From positions 1-64,000 of IMG/VR virus record IMGVR_UViG_3300042876_000313: DNA of 64,000 bases; one strand, 5' to 3'. The DNA comes from a virus. Shown here in pieces: positions 55,966 through 64,000 of the stretch. The notes beneath the pieces were generated by a model. It saw nothing but the letters and a program-made list of their open reading frames with translations. It was not told the DNA's origin and searched no databases. The position numbers were made by a program, and so were the translations under genes. The stretch's first letter is position 1. The number at the start of each line of letters is the position of its first letter.

Positions 55966-56657
55966 CCACCATCCGCGTAATCACCGTCGCCACTCAGGCG
56001 AAGAACCCGGTCAGCCCGCAGAGCTACTTCGAGCAGTTCAAGGCGTCGTGGAAGCGGTTCGGCGTCGAGCCGGTAATTCTGGGCTGGGGTCGCCCATTCC
56101 CAACGTGCGGCATGAAGATCAAGTATTTGGAGGAATACTTGGAGGCCAACAAGGATTTCGACTGGCTGATTTTCTGCGATGCGCTCGATACCGTTACCTG
56201 CGCGTCACCGGAAGCTCTGGTGGCCAAGTTCAAGATGCACTTCTCGGATGAGTGCGTGGTATTCGCGGCGGAACGGAACTGCTATCCGCGCAAGGACTGG
56301 GCGACCCTTTACCCGTCAATCAAATCGCCGTACAAATACCTGAATTCCGGGTTGTTCATGGGCAAGCGCGAGAGCGTGATTGCGAACTTGCAAGCGATGA
56401 ACGCGCAGACCAAGCACGTCCTGAATGACCAAGAAAGCTGGACGGACGCCTACCTTCGCCGCGCTTCAATGTGGCATCCGATTGTCACTGACAGCAGGTG
56501 CCGGCTGTTCCAATGCCTGAACGCGGGGTCAATCAATGACCTGGACTTGGACAGCGAATCGAAAATTCAGAACAAACTGACTCTGACCAACCCGCTGGTA
56601 TTCCACGGGAACGGTTCGACGCCGATGGAAAAAATCCTGAAATGGCTCAATTTATGA
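55962..56657 (+). CDS. PLOD-type GT-A glycosyltransferase domain protein
   Basis: FCDALD, FAAERNCYP, YKYLNSGLFMG, NDQ and HGNG. Confidence 0.85.
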   Translation: MTTIRVITVATQAKNPVSPQSYFEQFKASWKRFGVEPVILGWGRPFPTCGMKIKYLEEYLEANKDFDWLIFCDALDTVTCASPEALVAKFKMHFSDECVVFAAERNCYPRKDWATLYPSIKSPYKYLNSGLFMGKRESVIANLQAMNAQTKHVLNDQESWTDAYLRRASMWHPIVTDSRCRLFQCLNAGSINDLDLDSESKIQNKLTLTNPLVFHGNGSTPMEKILKWLNL

Positions 56658-57151
56658 TCCCACAAACCGACCATTCAATCAGCAAAGATGACGGCGAAAT
56701 GCTGATGCGCTGGTGTAAGAATCTTGGCGTCAGAACCGTGCTTGAATTCGGGCCGGGGTACTCGACAAACTTCTTTCTACAAGCGGGGTGCAACGTAACA
56801 TCCTGCGAGTCGAATATACACTGGTTTCAGGAATTTGCGAAGCATCCAGAGTCTCGACTTGTCAATATGGCGAGGTTCTTTGAGAGCGATTTTCCTTTGG
56901 AAATTCCAGAGATAAAGAGCCGTTATTTCGACCTCGCCTTCATTGACGCGCCAAAGGGCGACGTGTTCCCGGCCAGCCGAATCAACACCGCTCTGTACGC
57001 CTGGTATCGCTGCGGCCTGATTGCCATGCACGACACCAACCGACCGGGCGAGCGGTTGACCGTGCGAATCCTGCAAGCGTTGGGATGCCAGATCATCGCG
57101 GAGTACAGTGAAAGCATTGGCGGTTTAACCCTGTTGAAAGTGAAAGCATGA
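56654..57151 (+). CDS. Class I SAM-dependent (sugar O-)methyltransferase
   Basis: VLEFGPGYST, FDLAFIDAP and HDTNR. Confidence 0.8.
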   Translation: MIPQTDHSISKDDGEMLMRWCKNLGVRTVLEFGPGYSTNFFLQAGCNVTSCESNIHWFQEFAKHPESRLVNMARFFESDFPLEIPEIKSRYFDLAFIDAPKGDVFPASRINTALYAWYRCGLIAMHDTNRPGERLTVRILQALGCQIIAEYSESIGGLTLLKVKA

Positions 57152-57828
57152 ACCTAATCACCATGACGGCCTGCAATCGGCCTGAGTACACGCGGCGAGT
57201 TCTGGACGCGCTGGCTAAGTGCCACGGGATTGGACGGTATCAGATTCTTGCGAGCGTAGAGCCAGGGTGCCGTGAAGTCGCTTCATTATTTGATTACGAT
57301 TATCGAGCAATTTCAAATCTAAAGGTGAACGAAACAAAACTTGGATGCTGCTTGAACACCTGTCAAGTAATGGACAAGGCTGCTGATTTGACTGACTTCT
57401 GGATTCACATCGAGGACGACACTGTTCCATCGCCCGACTTCCTGGACTACATGGAGTGGGCGCGTCACCAGTACGCCGACGATACCCGCGTGTTTTCCAT
57501 CGCCTCTTACAACCGGGAAGCCCCGCAGCCAGACGAAATTTACGCCGTCAAACGCCGCAATTATTTCACCTGCTGGGCGTTCGGAATCTGGCGTCACAGT
57601 TGGACGAAAGTCCGGGCCGCCGCAAGGGCTGGCAATGACTCTTGGGCAACCCCAACGTGCAAATACGTTGTCGAGCAAGGATTGGTTGAAGTGTTCCCGG
57701 TTTTGAGCCGATGCCAGAACATTGGCGCGGTCGGCGGCGTCCACGTTCCGAGCGCGGAATGGCACGCGAAAAACCACCATTCCGAACACGTAGCCGATTG
57801 TCCTGCTGGCCCTTACTTCGAGAAATAG
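57148..57828 (+). CDS. GT-A glycosyltransferase (GT2/GnT-I-like)
   Basis: TACNRPEY, IHIEDD and SRCQNIG. Confidence 0.85.
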   Translation: MNLITMTACNRPEYTRRVLDALAKCHGIGRYQILASVEPGCREVASLFDYDYRAISNLKVNETKLGCCLNTCQVMDKAADLTDFWIHIEDDTVPSPDFLDYMEWARHQYADDTRVFSIASYNREAPQPDEIYAVKRRNYFTCWAFGIWRHSWTKVRAAARAGNDSWATPTCKYVVEQGLVEVFPVLSRCQNIGAVGGVHVPSAEWHAKNHHSEHVADCPAGPYFEK

Positions 57829-57870
57829 TCCTTGATTTCAGGGGTGATTTGGCTGACATTCCCCTTGAAT

Positions 57871-58098
57871 ATGTCAGGCACCACGCCAGTTAAACCTTCT
57901 GAATTCCGAGCGTTAGTCCCGGACGTAAACGATTCGGTCTGCACGGTGCTGCGGAAGTTTTTCAAATTCATGCTGCTGTTCTGGATTTGGTATCGCTGGA
58001 AATACGTTTTCGACACTGGCGAACTTTCGGACGATTACGGGGACATGGTTTGTGACGCCATTGCCAGTTGCAAGAAAGCCCCTGTCACAGGAGATTGA
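57871..58098 (+). CDS. Small protein paralogous to the N-terminus of the next gene
   Basis: VKPSEFRALVP...SVC...GELSDDY..MVC vs VLPTEFKQLIP...SMC...GSFTDEFKADLC. Confidence 0.6.
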   Translation: MSGTTPVKPSEFRALVPDVNDSVCTVLRKFFKFMLLFWIWYRWKYVFDTGELSDDYGDMVCDAIASCKKAPVTGD

Positions 58099-58099
58099 T

Positions 58100-59584
58100 A
58101 TGCCAAACTCTGTTTTACCCACCGAATTTAAGCAACTTATTCCGCGCTTTCAAAGCTCCATGTGCGGAAAGTTCATCCCAACCATAACCAATTTCATCCA
58201 GCGTTTTTACGACTACTACTCCTACGAATACAACGAGGATGGTTCGTTCACCGATGAATTCAAGGCCGACCTCTGCGCCCTGGGATGTACGGAAGTTGGG
58301 TTGTGCCCGGTTCTGAAAACCGCTCCCATAATCGTAGCTGGAAACGCGACGGTTTCATTGACCTTTGAAGTGACCGGTCCAGTGCCATACGACTACGACC
58401 TGTTCCGCGCCATTGGCTATAACCAGAAGGCCGTAACGGTGGATGCTGGAACCAACAAGATCGCGCTCGCCACGCACGGCCTTGACGATGGCCGAAAGGT
58501 GAAGTTCACAGCCACCACAATGCCCGGCGGATTGACCGCCAACCAGACATATTACGTCGTCTCATCGGCAGCGGGTGATTTCAAGGTTTCAACATCTTCG
58601 GGCGGTTCTGAAATTGACATCACCAGCAATGGGACGGATGTGAAATTGACCGCTGTGGCACCGACAACCGATTCACTGTGGGATTCCGCCATCCAATCGG
58701 ACACGGACATTGACGATACCACATTGGTTCTGACGGACGCCACGGTGACTAACGATACGGTGTACTACTACCGCTTGGTGGTAAGCAAGTCTGGCTGCGC
58801 GAATTCCGAATACGTCACCAATTCAGTTCTTCCAACCGCTTGCTACGTGACAGGCGATGATTACCTGTTCACCTTAACCCAAGGGGAGTCTGCTTTGACT
58901 GTGAACTTGACGGCGGCGGGGACGACCCCGATCCCCGATGGCACAACGGTAAAAATCTATCGCAGCACGAATCCCGCCGCCATTGGAACATTGGCCAATT
59001 CAGGCGCGTTCGCTGGTGGGACTTACACGTACACCGATGGTAGCCTGCAAATCGGGACGCGCTATTACTACACCGTCAAGGTTCAACAGACCGGGGCTTG
59101 CACGGAATATGAAATCCGCAAGGACGGGTACGCGACATCGAGTAATCAGCTTGACGCTCCAATTCTGTCGCTGAACGCTGGAATTCTAAGTTGGGCTGCT
59201 CAAGATGGGATCGGAGATTACTGGGTATATGCGAATTCAACTTGTGGTGGAGGTTCAGAGCTTGTGGTTCCTGGGTCTGGAACTCATTTAATGAACGCTG
59301 TGAACCCGCTACACGCAACCAAAGACAATGCGACCAACCGATACTCGGTCAACTTGAACACGTTGAAATGGAATTGCTGCTACGGCCAGAACTGGTACGG
59401 AGCAGCCAACCCGTGGGTAAATGCTGGCCCATTACTTACCGGAAGTCAGGCTGAAACCTGCCAGAACATGCTTGGTGCCAAGCCTCAAAAGAGCTACCAG
59501 ATCGTTGTGGTTGGATCAGGCCCACCGTTGAGCGGTGTGGTGACGCACGAAGCCAGAACCGTTTTCCAAATCGTCAGGGGATAA
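58100..59584 (+). CDS. Tail appendage protein with FN3-like domains
   Basis: HGL.DG.KV.F...PGGL....YYV module; D..V....YYYR and YTD......YYYTVK FN3-like motifs. Confidence 0.7.
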   Translation: MPNSVLPTEFKQLIPRFQSSMCGKFIPTITNFIQRFYDYYSYEYNEDGSFTDEFKADLCALGCTEVGLCPVLKTAPIIVAGNATVSLTFEVTGPVPYDYDLFRAIGYNQKAVTVDAGTNKIALATHGLDDGRKVKFTATTMPGGLTANQTYYVVSSAAGDFKVSTSSGGSEIDITSNGTDVKLTAVAPTTDSLWDSAIQSDTDIDDTTLVLTDATVTNDTVYYYRLVVSKSGCANSEYVTNSVLPTACYVTGDDYLFTLTQGESALTVNLTAAGTTPIPDGTTVKIYRSTNPAAIGTLANSGAFAGGTYTYTDGSLQIGTRYYYTVKVQQTGACTEYEIRKDGYATSSNQLDAPILSLNAGILSWAAQDGIGDYWVYANSTCGGGSELVVPGSGTHLMNAVNPLHATKDNATNRYSVNLNTLKWNCCYGQNWYGAANPWVNAGPLLTGSQAETCQNMLGAKPQKSYQIVVVGSGPPLSGVVTHEARTVFQIVRG

Positions 59585-59585
59585 A

Positions 59586-61736
59586 ATGCCAACGACATCC
59601 GTAAAGCAAATCAGACCGTTGCTCGCCCAGTTGAACAACCGGGAGCAACCGGATGTCTTGCCGATTGGCACGGCCCGGAGCCGGGTGTACCTGTCAACGG
59701 TTGACGGTAAGCTGGCGCGGGCGCACGGCTTCCGCCGGTTCCTTGACCAAGACCCGTACTGCAACCAAGACCTGCACGACCAACTGTTGCCCCTGCAAAT
59801 CCGGTATCTGGACACCGTTCCGAAAACGGACGGAGCGGATGACGTTGAGGCGTACCCATCGGCTAAGTGTGGTGCGGTACTTCAAGTTGGGGATCGCGGC
59901 GTCGAGCATGTGACCCTGCTGCGCGAGATTCAGAGCGCGTTCGGTTCGCGCTACCTGCTGGCCGGCACGCAATCGCGCCTTTATCTGCTGAACGAAACCA
60001 CGGGAAACTACCGGATGTTGGCGGACGGGTTCGGCGGCGAGATAAACGATGCTCTGGAAGTCCGCTGGCGCGTGGCTGTGCTGAATGACGAGGTGGTAGC
60101 CACCAACAATGTTGACCGGATTCAGCATTGGCTGCTGGACGACCCCATAACGGGATGCAACATGCAGGCGTTCCAGCCGATAACCGACCTTGAAACCATT
60201 CGGGTGTACCGGGCCAAGATCGTGGTCGAATACATGGGCTATCTGGTGCTGATGAACCTGCACATTGGAGGGAGTCCTATGCCGGGGAAGGTCACTTGGA
60301 GTCCAAGGTATCTGCCGCTGACCCATGACCCGGTGGACATCAAGATTGACGTGGATTCTCAATCTGACCAGAACCTACCAAATCAGGTCATTCTGAACGC
60401 CGTTGAATTTGAAGGTTTAATGGCGATTTTTACCGATCAAGGCATCTGGTCAATGAACGTCACCGGGAATTCAACCACTCCATTCGACTTCGCCCCGATG
60501 TACCGGCAGACCAGCGGACTTTACAAGTGCCTGGCCTTTCCGAATACACTGGTTTCCACGGGCGAAATGCTGTTCTGGTGCGGGCGCGACCAGATTTATT
60601 CCATGAGCGGCTCGACCAGTGGGCCGATTACCATCGAATGGATCAAGAACGCCTCGAAGAAACTGTTCGATGAGATCAACAAAGGCTGCTGCGAATCGCA
60701 TGTGGCCGTGTTCAATCCAATCACCGAAGAAATTTGGATTTCCTACGCCTCCGGGGATTCGTGCGTGCCCAATCAAACGCTGGTGCTGAATCTCAGGTAT
60801 CAGACCGCGTACTACCGGCCAGAGGGGTACACCGCTTTCGCCATGTTCCGGTCGGATGCGCGGGTGAACTTCCGGGATTTCCTGTGGCAGAACTGCGTAT
60901 GCACCCCAGCCGCGCTGACCACCGAGTACATCAAGGAAGGGCTTCCCTGCACCGATCCTGACTGCGATTTCATCCCGGATGCCGTGTTCACGGCGGACGC
61001 ATCGGTGACAACGGTTGACCCGGACGACGCGCAGAACCCCATCATAACCGAGGATTACGATGCCGCCGAAGCTTCCGAACATTCGCTGTGCGCCCTGTTG
61101 GGTGATAAGAAGGCGAGCGATTACTGTCAGGAGTGCAACGAGGAACAGATTTTCGTGGGTGCCTACGCGGTGGACAAGTGCCTTAAGGACATCGGGCCGG
61201 CGGCTTACTCGCTGGAAATATGCCAGATCGCCGGGCTGTCGGGTGATCGAACCGGGTACACCTTGGCCCCGCCTACGGTTGACGCCAACTCCTACGTCTC
61301 GCTGGGCTACAACTCATCGCTGGTGCTTGGCCCGATTGCGCTAGGCGATTCCGAGCAGGAAGTCAACATGCAATGGGTGAACCTGTTCTACCGTGCGGAC
61401 ATCTCCGCGTGGCCGTGCGCCATCGGGTTGACCGTTGGGGTGGCGTCGGTGCCCCTGGATTCCAACGATGATTCGTGCCCGATTGTCTGGCATGACCCGG
61501 AATACAAGATGCTTGAGTGCATCAACGACCAGTCGCCCGATGAGTACAAATCGAACAACGAGCGTCCAATCCTCAAGATGAACTGGCCATTGCTTCGGAC
61601 GGCGCGGTATTTGTACCTGCGATTCGACATCGTGGGGCTGTCGCAGACCGGACAGATTGACAGCGCGAAGGTGCCAGCCATTGGCGGCGTGTGCGACCTT
61701 TACTCGCTCGAACTGCGGTATCAATCACGCAAATGA
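59586..61736 (+). CDS. Tail nozzle / DNA stabilisation protein (P22 gp10 / T7 gp12-like beta-propeller)
   Basis: Size, position, and AVFNP..EEIWISY....NQTLVLN propeller-type motif. Confidence 0.65.
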   Translation: MPTTSVKQIRPLLAQLNNREQPDVLPIGTARSRVYLSTVDGKLARAHGFRRFLDQDPYCNQDLHDQLLPLQIRYLDTVPKTDGADDVEAYPSAKCGAVLQVGDRGVEHVTLLREIQSAFGSRYLLAGTQSRLYLLNETTGNYRMLADGFGGEINDALEVRWRVAVLNDEVVATNNVDRIQHWLLDDPITGCNMQAFQPITDLETIRVYRAKIVVEYMGYLVLMNLHIGGSPMPGKVTWSPRYLPLTHDPVDIKIDVDSQSDQNLPNQVILNAVEFEGLMAIFTDQGIWSMNVTGNSTTPFDFAPMYRQTSGLYKCLAFPNTLVSTGEMLFWCGRDQIYSMSGSTSGPITIEWIKNASKKLFDEINKGCCESHVAVFNPITEEIWISYASGDSCVPNQTLVLNLRYQTAYYRPEGYTAFAMFRSDARVNFRDFLWQNCVCTPAALTTEYIKEGLPCTDPDCDFIPDAVFTADASVTTVDPDDAQNPIITEDYDAAEASEHSLCALLGDKKASDYCQECNEEQIFVGAYAVDKCLKDIGPAAYSLEICQIAGLSGDRTGYTLAPPTVDANSYVSLGYNSSLVLGPIALGDSEQEVNMQWVNLFYRADISAWPCAIGLTVGVASVPLDSNDDSCPIVWHDPEYKMLECINDQSPDEYKSNNERPILKMNWPLLRTARYLYLRFDIVGLSQTGQIDSAKVPAIGGVCDLYSLELRYQSRK

Positions 61737-62221
61737 TTACCAACACCAAATATTCACCGCCGGAACCGGACTTCCCGGTTCCCCTGCCTGAGTCGGTGTT
61801 GGAGAAATACCCGGAGTTGGAGACGTGGCAGGGTGAAAACAAGATCGCGTGGCGCCGATGGTGGGAACTGCTGAATTCGCCGATCCTTGGGCAGAGTGTG
61901 GCAACCAGATCGCGGGCGGCGTGGCGCGAGCGCATCCGGCCTGTCCCACCGTTTCCCGCCCCGTTACCCCACCGTATGCTGGTGAAATTCCCCGACCTGA
62001 TGCAGTGGCAGCAGGATAACGCGGTGGCGTGGGATGACATTTGCAAGTCGCTGCACATCCTGCGCTCCGGGGAGATCGAGTACGGCGACAACGTGACCAC
62101 CGCCGCCGAGGCGTCACTGGAATCGGTGTACGGAATTCATTACAAACCACAAAACCAACTGGAAACACCGAAGGAATACAAGAATTGGAATAATCCAAAT
62201 GCCAATCGTACCACGCAATAA
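61733..62221 (+). CDS. Hypothetical tail-module protein with two FPxPLP...[FY]P[ED]L..W repeats
   Basis: Internal repeat visible in the translation. Confidence 0.6.
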   Translation: MITNTKYSPPEPDFPVPLPESVLEKYPELETWQGENKIAWRRWWELLNSPILGQSVATRSRAAWRERIRPVPPFPAPLPHRMLVKFPDLMQWQQDNAVAWDDICKSLHILRSGEIEYGDNVTTAAEASLESVYGIHYKPQNQLETPKEYKNWNNPNANRTTQ

Positions 62222-62426
62222 AGTGTTCGCCAATGAATCGGCCCCGCCGTTCCCGGCTCCGCTGCCGCGCAAAGTGGTGCGCCAATTCCCGGAGTTGAAT
62301 GGGTGGGAAAAGAAGAACGCGGAACTGCTGGTGGAAATTCGTAAGAACCTGCACATCACGGCGGGGAGCGATTTGGAAATGATGGACACGAAGCCGCACA
62401 ATATGTACGATTCGGTCTTGGCATAA
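62199..62426 (+). CDS. Small paralog carrying one such repeat
   Basis: PPFPAPLPRKVVRQFPELNGW. Confidence 0.6.
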   Translation: MPIVPRNKVFANESAPPFPAPLPRKVVRQFPELNGWEKKNAELLVEIRKNLHITAGSDLEMMDTKPHNMYDSVLA

Positions 62427-62438
62427 GAAAGGCAAATT

Positions 62439-63917
62439 ATGGCTATTGGTGCTGTCAACAAAACTTACGGGAGTTACGGCGACCTGCTGAAAAACTTCGA
62501 TTACCAAGGCGCGGTCAATTCGCTGGGCTACACGGCGCAAGACCCGTTCGGTAAGGTGTACTCGCCAGCGGGCGGCAAGACGGCCACGGCGACGGGGGGC
62601 GGTGCGCCTGCGGCAGGAGCCAATACCAGCACCAGCGGGGCGTTCTGGCGCGAGCAACTGTCCAAGAACCCGGCCTTGAGTTCGGCCTTGGAAACCATCA
62701 TCGGTTCCATGAGCGGGAACACTGCTGCCAATCAATCGGCGGTTGACCAGTTCACCAAGGCCATGCAGGCCATTGCCAAGCAGAACGAGGGGTTGACTGG
62801 CCAGCAGATGGGCGCGGCCAATGCGCCGTTTGACGGGACGCTGGCGGCGAACCTGGGCAAGACCCGGAGCGACTGGGCGACATCGGCGGGGGCGGCGGCG
62901 GACAAGACCAATGCCGACATCACCGGGGCGTTGAACGAGTGGAACACCGGGCAGATTGGCCGGATCGGGTCGCTCAAAGACCAGTTGGCCTCACAGCTTG
63001 GCCAGTCGGTGGACGCTATGCGTAACCAGATCGGGTCTGCTTATGGGCAGGAACAGGCCGCCAACGCGCAGTACGGCACCTTGCGGAACCGGCTATCGGC
63101 TCTGGCGCAGAACCGGGCAATGAACCAGATTTTGGCGCGGACAGCCCCCGGATTGGGGTCTGCCATGTCGGGCTTGAACAGCCGGGTAGCCCTGCGGATG
63201 GGCAGCGATGCCGGGGCGGAAGATGCCCTGCTTATCTCGCAAATGAACCGGGAAGCCTTGGCCCGGAAGCTGGCCGGGGAAGCTGGACTGCTGGAAACCC
63301 AAGCGAACCTTGGCCGGGCGGACATTCAGAACATCGGCGGCTTGGGCATGAACCAGGCCGACAACTATTACAAGCAGTTGGCGGCGACCCAAGGGGCGGA
63401 CGCGGCCCGGCGCCAGTTCATCATTGACCAGATCAGCGGTCAGGGGGCCATCTCCGACATCGGTTACGTGGGTGGCCAGCAGGCCGCTTGGTTTGGCCGG
63501 CCACAGCAGCTTTTGGCGGCGAACGCGGCGAACTACCTGGCCCCGGTGCAGGCCCGGCAGTCGGCTCTTTCGGGCGAGTTGGGGCTTATCAATCAGGGCG
63601 GTCAGGCGTTGAACGCGGCGAACTGGCTGGCGGTGGGCACGCCGGGGAATGTGGGTGGGACACCCCGGTACTCGATGCCGCCGCCAATGGTGGACTACGG
63701 CAGCGCGGTGACCTACGGCTACGATGGCTTTGGGTACGCCCCGCCGACGACCGGGAATCCGAATAACTTCCGGTTGACCACACGGCAGGTTCCGGCGGTG
63801 GCGCAAGCCCCGGCGGTGAACGCCTTTGACCAGTGGTACACGGGCGGCGGGATGGCCGGGATTGACCCGAACTACGCTTGGGATTACAGCAACGTGAATC
63901 CGGCAATGTACGAATAA
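62439..63917 (+). CDS. Internal virion / DNA ejection protein
   Basis: Ala/Gly/Gln/Asn-rich, Cys-free; follows the nozzle gene. Confidence 0.65.
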   Translation: MAIGAVNKTYGSYGDLLKNFDYQGAVNSLGYTAQDPFGKVYSPAGGKTATATGGGAPAAGANTSTSGAFWREQLSKNPALSSALETIIGSMSGNTAANQSAVDQFTKAMQAIAKQNEGLTGQQMGAANAPFDGTLAANLGKTRSDWATSAGAAADKTNADITGALNEWNTGQIGRIGSLKDQLASQLGQSVDAMRNQIGSAYGQEQAANAQYGTLRNRLSALAQNRAMNQILARTAPGLGSAMSGLNSRVALRMGSDAGAEDALLISQMNREALARKLAGEAGLLETQANLGRADIQNIGGLGMNQADNYYKQLAATQGADAARRQFIIDQISGQGAISDIGYVGGQQAAWFGRPQQLLAANAANYLAPVQARQSALSGELGLINQGGQALNAANWLAVGTPGNVGGTPRYSMPPPMVDYGSAVTYGYDGFGYAPPTTGNPNNFRLTTRQVPAVAQAPAVNAFDQWYTGGGMAGIDPNYAWDYSNVNPAMYE

Positions 63918-63927
63918 GGAGGATTAT

Positions 63928-64000
63928 ATGGCCTACTTTGGAAGCACAATCGAAGGCGCGGCAGGGACGGCGTTGCAGGCGGCGAACAGCATTGCCGACC
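63928..64000 (+). CDS. Start of the next internal virion protein (truncated)
   Basis: GGAGG site followed by ATG GCC TAC TTT...; open to the window end. Confidence 0.55.
   Translation, partial: MAYFGSTIEGAAGTALQAANSIAD

Noticed and set aside
1-64000. tRNA/rRNA genes, IS elements, att sites
   Set aside because: None was recognisable by eye. tRNAscan and comparison with a host genome would be needed to exclude them.

Overview
The window is most of a temperate, P22/T7-like short-tailed dsDNA phage or prophage. The host is probably a Verrucomicrobiota bacterium, inferred from a P-domain protein ending in FYRL, Ig I-set/LamG proteins and A-rich, mostly SD-less gene starts. Layout: 1-2175 is the end of a large internal virion protein. 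2.3-30.4 kb is a mostly leftward early/middle region with a tyrosine integrase, HU, DUF3560 plus adenine MTase, a nested two-frame cytosine MTase, replication initiator plus DnaC-like loader, HNH, SSB, RecE-like exonuclease, Sak4-like ATPase and RusA. 31-64 kb is a mostly rightward late region with signal-peptide-bearing fibre/spike proteins, holins/spanins, an inverted terminase, portal, scaffold, major capsid, an adaptor-phosphoesterase fusion, a vWA protein, a glycosyltransferase cluster, tail nozzle and ejection proteins. The standout feature is at 3114-4791 (- strand). A stand-alone Cas7/RAMP-fold gene, with no other cas gene and no CRISPR array in the window, is followed from the base after its stop codon by a 958-nt non-coding array. 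By hand the array parses completely into 185 pentamers of the form NG(Y/A)-NN, grouped into 33 modules by single-base insertions. This suggests an RNA-guided system whose information is interleaved between constant motifs (VIPR-like) rather than held in contiguous spacers. Also found: three CI/C4-like structured leader RNAs, an unannotated ribbon-helix-helix gene with a shared TGTAWTACA operator, and repeated leader cassettes among early genes. All product calls come from motif recognition; no database search was run.
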